Source: an uncultured Chloroflexia bacterium (GTDB taxonomy: Bacteria > Chloroflexota > Limnocylindria > Limnocylindrales > CSP1-4). From it: a DNA stretch of 64,000 nt. The stretch is from positions 320,001-384,000 of the forward strand of contig CAVQJC010000020.1 in the NCBI GenBank assembly GCA_963712745.1. Direction: 5' to 3'. Below, piece after piece: positions 46,083-55,023 of this stretch (position 1 is its first letter; each line of letters starts with the position of its first letter). A model generated the notes under the pieces. It made no database searches and was not told the DNA's origin. It saw nothing but the letters and a program-made list of their open reading frames with translations. Made by a program: the position numbers and the translations under genes.

Positions 46083-49000
46083 ATGCCGAACCTCCCTCGC
46101 GCTGGCTGGCTGGCCGTCGGTGCCATCACCGCGGCTCTGCTGACCGCCAGCGACTACGTCCATCTGCCGCTGCCTGCCTCCGCCGTGCTGGCCCTCGGTG
46201 CGGCGACGATCGTCGGCGCCGCCCTGTTGCTTTGCGTGGGACGAGTGACGCCTGCTGCCTTCTGTCTGGCGGCCGGTACCGTGGTCCTGCGGGCGGCACT
46301 CGCGGCCGTCGCCACCGGAACCGCGGCCACCGCGCTGCCGCTACCGGTCGGCAGCGGCGAGTGGAACGGCGAGATCGTGGACGTCTCTTCACCCTCAGGC
46401 ACGGAGCAGCGGGCGTTCGTGCGCATCGACGCGCCGGCGGGCGACGGTGGATGGCTGGTCTACGCCTGGCTGCCGCGTCACCCGGCGCTCGTCCCGGGAG
46501 ACGGGGTCAAACTGCGCGGCGCGCTCGAGCCACCGCCGGATGACGGCCCCGGCTTCGCCGGCTTCCTCGAGTCGCGAGGTGCGGCCGGCACCCTCAAGGC
46601 CCATGGCCTGGAGCTGGCGGCGCACGGCAGCGGAGCGGGGGCGGCCGTGGAGCAGCTGCGCTGGGGCATAGACGAGGCACTCTCGCGGGCGATACCCGAG
46701 CCCGAGGCCGGGCTCGCCTCGGGCATCCTGGTGGGCCTGCGCGAGCGCGTGAGTCGCCAGGTGGCCGAGGACTTCACCACCACTGGCCTCACGCACGTGG
46801 TCGCCATCAGCGGCTGGAATATCGCCCTTGTGGCCGGCATCGCCACGGCGCTGCTGCGTGCGACAGGCCTGGGCCGGCGGCCGCGCAGCCTCCTCGTCAT
46901 CGTCGCCATCGTGACCTACACCATCCTCGCGGGAGCAGAGGCCAGCGTCATCCGGGCCGCGGTCATGGGCGCCGTCGTGCTCGTCGCCCGGGAGTCCGGC
47001 CGGCCTTCGGGCGCAGCGGCGGCGCTGGGCCTTGCCTGCTGGGGGCTGCTGCTGGCCGAGCCCGCGATGATCGACGATATCGGCCTGCAGCTCTCGCTGG
47101 CCGCGACCGCGGGTCTGCTGGTGCTGGGCGGTCCCGCAGAGGCGGCCGTCGGACGTTTGACGCGAGGACGTGCGCCACGCTGGCTGGGCGAGACGCTGGG
47201 GGTGTCCCTGGCCGCCCAGCTCTCGACGCTGCCGCTGATCCTGTTGCACTTCGGGCGGCTCTCGCTCATCTCTCCGCTGGCCAACCTGCTGGTGGCGCCG
47301 ATCGTGCCGCTGGCCATGCTCGGCGCAGCCATCGGGGTCGTGATGGGGCCGCTGCTGGTGGGACCGGTGGTAGGCCTTGCGCTGGCACCACTGTCACTGG
47401 GCTCGTGGCTGCCGCTGGCACTCATGACGCGTGGCGCGACGTTGCTGGCGGGCGTGCCCCTGGCCAGCGTCGAGCTGCCCTCGCCACTCGACCAGGTCGG
47501 AGCCGCCCTGGCCTTGGCCGCCCTCGTCGCGGCCCTGCGGGCAACACGTTCGGAGCCACGCTCGAACCTCCGCCCGTGGCAGCCTCCGCCGCGTACGGGG
47601 CGGGGGCGCTCGAGGAAGCTCGTGGCGATCGGCGCGGTCGGGGCCCTCATTACCGCGGGCTCTGCCACGCTCGTGGTCGGACCCGCCCCCGGACTGCGCC
47701 TCAGCGTGCTCGATATCGGCCAGGGAGACGCCATCCTGCTCGAGACGGCCGATGGTCAGCGCATGCTCGTCGACGGCGGACCGGACCCCGACCTGCTCGT
47801 GCGCCGGCTGGACGAGCGCATCCCCGTGTGGGATCGCCACATCGATCTGGCCGTGCTGACACATCCGCACGAGGACCACGCCGGCGGCCTGGCGGGGCTG
47901 GCCCCACGCTACTCGATCAGCCGCATCGCCGAGACCGGGATGAACAGCGAAGGTGCGGGCGTGCGCGAGCTGCGAAGTGCGGCCGCCCGGTATGACATCG
48001 GACGCGTGCGCCTCGACCAGGGCGATACCTTCCGCCTGGGCCAGGCCCGGGTGGAGGTCCTGTGGCCACCGCGCCATGCCCTCCCCCATCGCCTCCTCAG
48101 CGACGGGCGAGCCATCAACGGAACATCCATCGTGCTGGCGGTGAGCCTGGGGCAACAGCGCGTCCTCCTGACCGGCGACCTCGAGGACGACCACGATCTC
48201 GACCTCCTCGAGATGATCGAGCCGGGGGCACGCTGGGACGTGCTCAAGGTGGCTCACCACGGCAGCGCCACCGCTTCGGGCGGGAGCCTCCTGGACTTGC
48301 TCCGGCCACGCCTGGCTGCGATCAGCGTCGGACTTGGCAATCGCTACGGCCACCCTGCGCCTGACACGCTCGCGCGCCTGGAGGCGGCCGGGTCCACGAT
48401 CTGGCGGACGGACCGCCAGGGCACGCTGGCGATAGCGCTCGATGGACGGCCACGGTCGGCCTCCGCCATGGTCGCCGGCCCACCGCGGACGGGCTGCCCC
48501 ACGACCACCCTGCCCCCACCGGTCACCACGACCGGTCCGCGTGACCCCTGCTACATTCGACCCGATGGCGGTACCCACCAGAACCGAAGCGCTCTCACTG
48601 CTCATGTCCACCGCGCCCACGCCTCGTCTGCTGCAGCACGTGACGGTAGTGGCCGAGGTGGCCGCGTTCCTGGCCTATCGCGCCACGCGCGCCGGCGTCG
48701 CCGTCGACCGGCGCCTGGTGGAGACAGCCGCGCTCCTCCACGACGTGGACAAGGCCTTGCCGGCCAGCCATCCGCTCAAGGCGCAAGGCCACGGCAGGGC
48801 CGGCGCTGCCTGGTTGAGCGAGGCCGGTCACCCGGAGTTGGCGCGCGCGCTCATGGCCCACCCGGTCACCAGGCTGGCCGACCCCGATGCCGAGCGGTGG
48901 GTCGTCGAGGCGCCCATCGAAGAGCGCATCGTGACCTACGCCGACAAGCGGGCGACGCAGCGGGTGGTCTCGCTCGAGCAGCGCTTCGACCGATGGCGCC

Positions 49001-50333
49001 GACGGCATCCCGAGTACGCCAGCCAACTCGACTGCGCCTACGCCAACGCGTGCCGCCTGGAACGGGTCCTGTGCCAGAGCATCGGATTGGAGCCGGGTGC
49101 TGTCGAGCGACTGCGCTGGGTCGAGGACGCACGAGCTCGAGCCCAAGCCAACGGCAGCCTGCCCGCCAACGCGGACGAGCCCATCGCTGGCGCGGCTGGG
49201 GCCACTCCCGTGGACCGGGCGGCGCGATGAGCCCGACGCCGGCACTGGCCTACTTCTGGGGCGAGGACGCATTCATGATCGAGCGCGCAGCGCGGGAGTA
49301 TGCCGAGCAGGTCTCGCCGCCGGGCGAGCGCATGGAGGTCTGGCGCGCGAACCTCGATGACGACGCCGGCGAGGAGAGCGGTTCCGCCTCGGCCGCGAAA
49401 CGTCGTGCCCGCGCCCTCGACAGCATCGAGCAGCACCTGGGCATGGCCCCGCTCTTCGGCGCGGGCACGCTCGTGGTCGTACGTCAGCCGGCTGGCCTGC
49501 TCGCCGAGAAGGAGGCCCGGGGGCGCCTCATCGACCTCGTCGGCGTGGTCCCTCCCGGCAACGCCCTGTGCGTCACCGACCTCATCGCCTCGAGCGCCAA
49601 GGCCCCGGCCGCGCGGGGCGCGCTCCGCGACGCCATCCGCGACGCCGGCGGGGTGGTGCAGGAGTTCAAGGCCCCAGGTGTGGGCCGGCTCGAACCGTGG
49701 CTCGTCGGACGCGCAGGGGAGCTGGGCATCGAGCTGCAGCCGGCTGCGGCGCGCCTGCTGGCAGAGCGCGTCGGGGGACACATCCGCGAATCCGACGTCG
49801 ATCGCCGGCGGCGCACGGAGCTGGCCAACGGTGAGCTCGAGAAGCTGGCGCTCTACCGGCCCGGGGGCTCAGTCAGCGCGGACGACGTCGATGCACTCGT
49901 GAGCGAGACCATCCCGGGCTCGATGTGGGCCTTCCTCGACGCGGTCGGCCTGCGCGCGGGGCCCAACGCTGCGGCGCTCGCCGAGCGGCTCCTCGACGAT
50001 GCCACACCCTTGCCGGTGCTGGTCTCGCAGCTGCATCGCCGGCTGCGGGAGCTCATCCTCGTGCGCGAGCACCTCGATGCCGGCTCCAGGCCGGCGCAGA
50101 TCGTCAAGGACCTGAAGCTGCAGCCCTTCCGCGCCCAGAAACTGGCCGAACAGGCTGGCAACTGGCCACTGCGGGCACTCGAGACTGCGTTGGTGGAGCT
50201 GCTGGCGGTCGACCTGCGCTCCAAGGGCATCGCGCTCGACGGCTCCACGCTGCAGATGTCCGAGCACATCGACGCACTCTCGGTGCAGACCTGGGTCGCG
50301 CGACACGCGGCATCGGCGAACCGCCAGGGGTGA
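46083..50333 (+). CDS. comEC: ComEC/Rec2 competence channel (recognisable domains 46083-~48450; no stop until the end of holA)
   Basis: GLTHVVAISGWNI, RAAVM, LQLS..AT, beta-lactamase-fold LDIGQGDA, THPHEDHAGG, LLTGD, KVAHHGS, YGHP. Confidence 0.9.
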   Translation: MPNLPRAGWLAVGAITAALLTASDYVHLPLPASAVLALGAATIVGAALLLCVGRVTPAAFCLAAGTVVLRAALAAVATGTAATALPLPVGSGEWNGEIVDVSSPSGTEQRAFVRIDAPAGDGGWLVYAWLPRHPALVPGDGVKLRGALEPPPDDGPGFAGFLESRGAAGTLKAHGLELAAHGSGAGAAVEQLRWGIDEALSRAIPEPEAGLASGILVGLRERVSRQVAEDFTTTGLTHVVAISGWNIALVAGIATALLRATGLGRRPRSLLVIVAIVTYTILAGAEASVIRAAVMGAVVLVARESGRPSGAAAALGLACWGLLLAEPAMIDDIGLQLSLAATAGLLVLGGPAEAAVGRLTRGRAPRWLGETLGVSLAAQLSTLPLILLHFGRLSLISPLANLLVAPIVPLAMLGAAIGVVMGPLLVGPVVGLALAPLSLGSWLPLALMTRGATLLAGVPLASVELPSPLDQVGAALALAALVAALRATRSEPRSNLRPWQPPPRTGRGRSRKLVAIGAVGALITAGSATLVVGPAPGLRLSVLDIGQGDAILLETADGQRMLVDGGPDPDLLVRRLDERIPVWDRHIDLAVLTHPHEDHAGGLAGLAPRYSISRIAETGMNSEGAGVRELRSAAARYDIGRVRLDQGDTFRLGQARVEVLWPPRHALPHRLLSDGRAINGTSIVLAVSLGQQRVLLTGDLEDDHDLDLLEMIEPGARWDVLKVAHHGSATASGGSLLDLLRPRLAAISVGLGNRYGHPAPDTLARLEAAGSTIWRTDRQGTLAIALDGRPRSASAMVAGPPRTGCPTTTLPPPVTTTGPRDPCYIRPDGGTHQNRSALTAHVHRAHASSAAARDGSGRGGRVPGLSRHARRRRRRPAPGGDSRAPPRRGQGLAGQPSAQGARPRQGRRCLVERGRSPGVGARAHGPPGHQAGRPRCRAVGRRGAHRRAHRDLRRQAGDAAGGLARAALRPMAPTASRVRQPTRLRLRQRVPPGTGPVPEHRIGAGCCRATALGRGRTSSSPSQRQPARQRGRAHRWRGWGHSRGPGGAMSPTPALAYFWGEDAFMIERAAREYAEQVSPPGERMEVWRANLDDDAGEESGSASAAKRRARALDSIEQHLGMAPLFGAGTLVVVRQPAGLLAEKEARGRLIDLVGVVPPGNALCVTDLIASSAKAPAARGALRDAIRDAGGVVQEFKAPGVGRLEPWLVGRAGELGIELQPAAARLLAERVGGHIRESDVDRRRRTELANGELEKLALYRPGGSVSADDVDALVSETIPGSMWAFLDAVGLRAGPNAAALAERLLDDATPLPVLVSQLHRRLRELILVREHLDAGSRPAQIVKDLKLQPFRAQKLAEQAGNWPLRALETALVELLAVDLRSKGIALDGSTLQMSEHIDALSVQTWVARHAASANRQG
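48565..49230 (+). CDS. HD-domain phosphohydrolase (nested in a different frame of the comEC ORF)
   Basis: LLQHV..VAEVA, AALLHDVDK, HG..GA..L, AHP, IVTYADKR..VSLEQRF. TGcTACATT lies 7 nt upstream of the ATG. Confidence 0.88.
   Translation: MAVPTRTEALSLLMSTAPTPRLLQHVTVVAEVAAFLAYRATRAGVAVDRRLVETAALLHDVDKALPASHPLKAQGHGRAGAAWLSEAGHPELARALMAHPVTRLADPDAERWVVEAPIEERIVTYADKRATQRVVSLEQRFDRWRRRHPEYASQLDCAYANACRLERVLCQSIGLEPGAVERLRWVEDARARAQANGSLPANADEPIAGAAGATPVDRAAR
49227..50333 (+). CDS. holA: DNA polymerase III delta subunit
   Basis: ATGA overlap with the HD gene. AYFWGEDAFMIE, PLFGAGTLVVV, ELEKLALY, WAFLDAV, PFRAQKLAEQA. Conserved position after comEC. Confidence 0.85.
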   Translation: MSPTPALAYFWGEDAFMIERAAREYAEQVSPPGERMEVWRANLDDDAGEESGSASAAKRRARALDSIEQHLGMAPLFGAGTLVVVRQPAGLLAEKEARGRLIDLVGVVPPGNALCVTDLIASSAKAPAARGALRDAIRDAGGVVQEFKAPGVGRLEPWLVGRAGELGIELQPAAARLLAERVGGHIRESDVDRRRRTELANGELEKLALYRPGGSVSADDVDALVSETIPGSMWAFLDAVGLRAGPNAAALAERLLDDATPLPVLVSQLHRRLRELILVREHLDAGSRPAQIVKDLKLQPFRAQKLAEQAGNWPLRALETALVELLAVDLRSKGIALDGSTLQMSEHIDALSVQTWVARHAASANRQG

Positions 50334-51331
50334 GGCCCGCCCGCATCGAGCTCCGCTCCCATGGCCTGGCGGTGTGGCTGGCGCTCCTGGTGACCGTACT
50401 CTGGAGCTCTTCGTGGGTGCTCATCCGCTGGGGCCTTGACGACGAGTCCCTGCCGCCGGTGATGTTCGCCGCGTTGCGCTATGGCCTGGCGGCCATCGTG
50501 CTGGCCGGCTTCGTCATCGTCCGCGAGCGCCACCGCCGCCACCACTACCGCGTCAGCCGGGGCTACGTGACGCGCCTGGTGCTGCTCGGCGTGGTCATGT
50601 ACTCGCTCACCCAGGGAGCGGTGTTCGTGGCTCTTGATGCACAACCGGCGGCCACCACCAGCCTGGTCCTGTCGCTGACGCCACTGCTCGTCGCCGGCGG
50701 CGCCGCCATCACGCTCTCGGAGGTGCCGTCGCGCTGGCAGCTCGTCGGTGTGGCGCTGGTGGCGCTGGGCGCGGGGCTCTTCTTCGCCGGCGATCTCGGA
50801 GCCACGACTGCCGGCATGGTCGCCGCCGGCATCGCGCTGCTGGCCAACGTCGCGGCGTCGATCCTCGGGCGCAGCGTGAACCGCGAGGGTCAGCTGCCGG
50901 CCATCACCATCACCACCATCAGCATGGGCATCGGCGCGGGCGCGTTGGTCTTCATCGCGGTCGGCCTCGAGGGCATCCCCAGCGTGTCTGCGCGTGGCTG
51001 GCTCATCATCGCCTGGCTGGCGGTCGTCAACACCGCCTTTGCCTTCACCCTTTGGAACCTTTCCCTGCAGCGACTGTCGGCGGTGGAGTCGGCCAGCATC
51101 AACAACACCATGCTGGTGCAGATCGCGCTGCTGGCCTGGCTGTTCCTGGGCGAGGCGCCGGGGCCCCTTGGCCTTCTCGGCATCGCCCTCGTCTCGGCCG
51201 GGGTCTACCTCGTGCAGGCGACCCGGCGGACGCGCGTGGCCGGGCTCGGACCTGAAGTGGCATTCGCAGGCGAGGGAGTGGTAGACGAGGCGCCGGAAAG
51301 CACGTCGCGACCGGGTGGCGGGGCCGGTTAG
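50330..51331 (+). CDS. EamA/DMT family transporter
   Basis: About 10 TM helices: LWSSSWVLIR, P..FAALRY, LTPLLV, TAFAFTLWN..L, AWLFLGE. Confidence 0.92.
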   Translation: MRPARIELRSHGLAVWLALLVTVLWSSSWVLIRWGLDDESLPPVMFAALRYGLAAIVLAGFVIVRERHRRHHYRVSRGYVTRLVLLGVVMYSLTQGAVFVALDAQPAATTSLVLSLTPLLVAGGAAITLSEVPSRWQLVGVALVALGAGLFFAGDLGATTAGMVAAGIALLANVAASILGRSVNREGQLPAITITTISMGIGAGALVFIAVGLEGIPSVSARGWLIIAWLAVVNTAFAFTLWNLSLQRLSAVESASINNTMLVQIALLAWLFLGEAPGPLGLLGIALVSAGVYLVQATRRTRVAGLGPEVAFAGEGVVDEAPESTSRPGGGAG

Positions 51332-51400
51332 CGCGGGGCAGGGTAGGAAGCGCCGGGGGGAGGAAGCCTGCGGGGCAGCGACACTCAGCTGCCGGTCGGA

Positions 51401-51664
51401 TCAGACCGGGAACTGCGTGGCACGCTCCTGGGTGACTCCGTCGGATTCGATGGCGAAGACGCAGCGGCCATCGGGGATGTCGAGGACCTCGAGGAGGTCG
51501 GGGTCAAGGTACAGCTGGTGACAGTCGGCACACAACGCGGCGGGGATCGCGAAGCAGAGGCGTTCCTCGCCATCGGGCATGCGGAACGTGGTGTCGAAGC
51601 GCGAGTTGACCAGGAGGCGCTCACACTGCGGGCAGTTGTCCCGAAGCCACGTCATCGTTCGCAT
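51401..51664 (-). CDS. Small Cys-rich (zinc-finger-like) protein
   Basis: CPQC...LCADC pairs in 84-87 aa. Start may be 51655. Confidence 0.6.
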   Translation of the reverse strand: MRTMTWLRDNCPQCERLLVNSRFDTTFRMPDGEERLCFAIPAALCADCHQLYLDPDLLEVLDIPDGRCVFAIESDGVTQERATQFPV

Positions 51665-51822
51665 CTTCCTCGGCAGGGCGACCGGCAGGTCCGGTCGACT
51701 CGAGAACCGATGCTACGGACGACCCTGCCCTGCCCCCATGCCCCGGTGGTACCACGACCACTCACCCGGTTGGGGCAGATAGGTGCAGACGGGGGCGGCT
51801 ACGCCCCGGTCGCGCGGAGGCG

Positions 51823-52341
51823 CTAGACGATGTGCAGCAGCAGCGAGGCCTCCGACCATAGCTTCTCGAGCTGGTAGAACTCGCGCTCGGGCTTGCTCAT
51901 GACGTGGACGATGACGCCCCCGAAGTCGACCAGCAGCCAGTGCGAGCCGGCGTCGCCCTCGCGAGAGAGCGGCGCATCACCGTCCTCCTTCAGCCCTTCC
52001 ACGATGCCGTCCGCGATGGCATTGAGCTGGCGGTCCGACGCGCCCGAACAGATGACGAAGTAGTCGGTCATCGTGGTCTGGCCGCGGACGTCGAGCAGGA
52101 CGATGTCGCTGGCCTTCTTGTCGGCCGCCAGGTCGACCGCGCGATGTGCCATGGCCAGCACCGTTTCGTCGACCCCATCGATGACGGCCAGGCGCGGCCG
52201 CACCTCGCCCCCGTCCGGGCGGCTCGAAGGGAGCCCTGGTCGGGTAGCTGCCCGTGGATCGGCCGTCGTGGCCTGCTCGTCACTCACCGTTGTCTGTTCC
52301 TCCTGCCTGTCGTGATGCGAATCGCTGCCGGTCTCCATCAT
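51823..52341 (-). CDS. rsfS: Ribosome silencing factor
   Basis: DKKASDIVLLDV..TDYFVICSG.SDRQL.AIAD, WLLVDFGGVIVHV...REFYQLEKLW. Start may be 52287. Confidence 0.95.
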   Translation of the reverse strand: MMETGSDSHHDRQEEQTTVSDEQATTADPRAATRPGLPSSRPDGGEVRPRLAVIDGVDETVLAMAHRAVDLAADKKASDIVLLDVRGQTTMTDYFVICSGASDRQLNAIADGIVEGLKEDGDAPLSREGDAGSHWLLVDFGGVIVHVMSKPEREFYQLEKLWSEASLLLHIV

Positions 52342-53054
52342 GCCCCCGCGGGTCCAGCCAGCGCCCAGCGCGCGGCCATGCGGGCGTGCAGAGCGGTCGT
52401 GGGGAAGAAGGGCACGTCGACATCGTTCGGCCCGACCAGCAGCTCGATCTCGGTACAACCGGAGATCACGCCACGCGCGCCCCGATCGACGAGCCGGCCG
52501 ATGATCTCGAGGTAGCGCGCCTTCGAGTCCTGCGAGACGACACCCTGGACGAGCTCGTCATAGATGACATCGTGGACGAGGCCGCGGTCGGGCTCGTCGG
52601 GGACCATGACGGCCAGGCCATGGCGTTCGAGGCGCACACGGTAGAAGTCCTCCTCCATCGTGTAGCGCGTGCCCAGCAGCGCGACCTCACGGACGCCTGC
52701 ATCGTGTACGGCCGCCGCGGTGGCGTCGGCCAGATGGAGGAAGGGCACCTCGATAGCGGCTTCGATGGCCTCGGCACAGCGGTGCATCGTGTTGGTACAG
52801 AGCACGATGATGCCCGCGCCCGCCTCTTGCAGCCGGCGTGCGTCCGCGGCCAGCACCTCCCCTGCCGCATCCCATTCGCCCTCGGCCTGGAGTCGTTCGA
52901 TCTCGGCGAAGTCATAGGAGCGCACGAGCAGGCTCGCAGAGTGGATCCCACCGAGCGCCCGTCGCACCTCGGTGTTGATGATGCGCTCGTACTCGATCGA
53001 GGACTCCCAGCTCATGCCGCCGAGCAGACCGATGGTCCGCAGTCGTGCCCTCAC
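52338..53054 (-). CDS. Aspartate/glutamate racemase family protein
   Basis: IGLLGGMSWESS, CTNTMH, LLGTRYTM, GCTEI. Confidence 0.95.
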   Translation of the reverse strand: MRARLRTIGLLGGMSWESSIEYERIINTEVRRALGGIHSASLLVRSYDFAEIERLQAEGEWDAAGEVLAADARRLQEAGAGIIVLCTNTMHRCAEAIEAAIEVPFLHLADATAAAVHDAGVREVALLGTRYTMEEDFYRVRLERHGLAVMVPDEPDRGLVHDVIYDELVQGVVSQDSKARYLEIIGRLVDRGARGVISGCTEIELLVGPNDVDVPFFPTTALHARMAARWALAGPAGA

Positions 53055-53680
53055 TGCCCGGCCCTGCCCCGGTAGAGGCCCTCGGTGCTGATGTAGCGCG
53101 CCACTGCTGCGGGCACGAATCCCTCGATCGACAGGCCCTGGCCGACACGTTCACGGATGGCGGTGGAGGAGATGTCCAGCTCGGGACCCGGCAGGAACCC
53201 GAAGCGGTCCACGTGTCCCGGAAAACGCTGAGCCACCCAGCGCTGATCCAGCGGCCCTGCCCCCGGCCGCGGGGCCACGGCGACCCGGCAGAGCGTCAGC
53301 ACGCGCTCGGGTTCACGCCAGGTGTGGAACGACTCGAGGACTTCGGCCGAGAGGATGAACCAGGGCTCGGGCCGCCCTTCGTCGAGCGAACGCGAGGCCA
53401 GCTCGGCCACGGTGTCCACCGCATAGCTCGGGCCCGGCCGCTCCAACTCGATGCGCGAAAGCACGAAGCCGGGATCGGTTTCGATAGCCAGGGCCACCAT
53501 GGCCTCGCGGTGGAGAGCGGGGGTCACGGGCTGGTCCTGCTTGTGTGGCGGGTCCGCGTTGGGCACGAAGAGCACCTGCCCGAGGCCAAGCTCCCGGCGT
53601 GCCTCGCCGGCCAGGGCGAGGTGCCCCCGGTGCACGGGGTCGAACGTGCCCCCCAGGATGCCGAATGGCTGGGCCGTCAC
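53051..53680 (-). CDS. nadD: Nicotinate-nucleotide adenylyltransferase
   Basis: GILGGTFDPVHRGHL, PPHK, SYAVDT, ISSTAIRER. Confidence 0.96.
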   Translation of the reverse strand: MTAQPFGILGGTFDPVHRGHLALAGEARRELGLGQVLFVPNADPPHKQDQPVTPALHREAMVALAIETDPGFVLSRIELERPGPSYAVDTVAELASRSLDEGRPEPWFILSAEVLESFHTWREPERVLTLCRVAVAPRPGAGPLDQRWVAQRFPGHVDRFGFLPGPELDISSTAIRERVGQGLSIEGFVPAAVARYISTEGLYRGRAGQ

Positions 53681-54981
53681 ACCCACGCTCCGGACTCGGC
53701 CTCCCATTCGAGCTCGGTATCGCCGATGCGCACGGTGTCGCCGGCCTCCACGCCCGCTTCACGTAGCTTCTCGACCAGGCCCATTCGGGCCAGCTCGCGC
53801 TGGAGGCGCGCGGCCGACTCATCGTTCTCGAAGTCGGTCTGAGCTACCAGCCGTTCCACGCGGCGACCCTCTACGGCCCACGTGCCACCGGCCTCGCGTT
53901 CGATGACGAAGCCTTCGTCGGTGGGGTCGTAGCGATGCACCACCACGCCTGCAGGCTCGCCTGGCCCTCCCATCTCCTCGTCGTCGGGCAGCAGCCGGGC
54001 CAGCGCCGAACGCAACTCAGGCAGCCCGATACCTTCCGCGGCGCTGACATGGACGACCTCAAGGTCCTCGCGGGCGCGGGCCTCGTCGAAGGCGCGCAGC
54101 AGCTCGCGGTCCGGTTCGAGGTCCATCTTGTTGGCCACCACCAGCGTGGTCTTGTCGAGCAGCCTGGGGTCGCGCGCCTCGAGCTCCTCGCGGATGACGG
54201 CGTAGTCGCGCTCGGGGTCGCCCTCGGCCATGTCCACGACGTGCACGAGCACGCGCGTGCGCTCCACGTGGCGCAGGAAGGCGTGGCCCAGCCCGGCCCC
54301 GGCGCTGGCGCCCTCGATGAGCCCGGGCAGATCGGCCAGCGTGGGCCGGCGCTCGTCGAGCGGATCATCGACGGCGAAGTCGAGCACGCCCAGGTTGGGC
54401 TCGAGCGTGGTGAAGGGGTAGTCGGCGATCTTGGGCGTGGCCGCCGTCAGCGCCGTGAGCAGCGTCGACTTACCCGCGTTGGGCAGTCCCACCAGACCGA
54501 CATCGGCGATGAGCCGTAGCTCCAGGCGCAAGCGCCGCTCCTCGCCCGGCTCACCCTTCTGCGCGTGCCTGGGAGCCTGGTGGGTGGAGGTGGCGAAGTG
54601 GGTGTTGCCCAGGCCGCCGCGGCCGCCGCGCGAGACCATGACTCTCTGGCCAGGGAAGACGAGGTCGGCCATGAGGTCGCCGGTCTTGCCGTCGAAGACG
54701 ACCGTGCCCGGCGGCACCGCCAGCTCGAGGTCCGAGCCGGCCTTGCCGTGGCGGCGCGAGCGCTGGCCGGGACCACCATGCTCGGCCCGGAAGTGGTGCT
54801 TGTAGCGGTAATCGATGAGCATGGTCTGGCCCACGTCGACCACGAGATAGACCGAGCCACCACGGCCGCCGTCGCCACCGTCGGGACCGCCGCGGGGCAC
54901 GTGGGCCTCGCGGCGGAAGGTGGCAGCGCCGTTACCGCCGTTACCGGCGATGACGGTCAGGTCGACGTGGTCGAGGAACAT
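53677..54981 (-). CDS. obgE: GTPase ObgE/CgtA
   Basis: GGPDGGDGGRGG, GLPNAGKSTLL, DYPFTTL, DLPG, NKMD. Confidence 0.98.
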   Translation of the reverse strand: MFLDHVDLTVIAGNGGNGAATFRREAHVPRGGPDGGDGGRGGSVYLVVDVGQTMLIDYRYKHHFRAEHGGPGQRSRRHGKAGSDLELAVPPGTVVFDGKTGDLMADLVFPGQRVMVSRGGRGGLGNTHFATSTHQAPRHAQKGEPGEERRLRLELRLIADVGLVGLPNAGKSTLLTALTAATPKIADYPFTTLEPNLGVLDFAVDDPLDERRPTLADLPGLIEGASAGAGLGHAFLRHVERTRVLVHVVDMAEGDPERDYAVIREELEARDPRLLDKTTLVVANKMDLEPDRELLRAFDEARAREDLEVVHVSAAEGIGLPELRSALARLLPDDEEMGGPGEPAGVVVHRYDPTDEGFVIEREAGGTWAVEGRRVERLVAQTDFENDESAARLQRELARMGLVEKLREAGVEAGDTVRIGDTELEWEAESGAWV

Positions 54982-55023
54982 CGGTCGGGCCAGTATGACG
55001 ACCGGCCCTGCCGGTCGCGCCGG

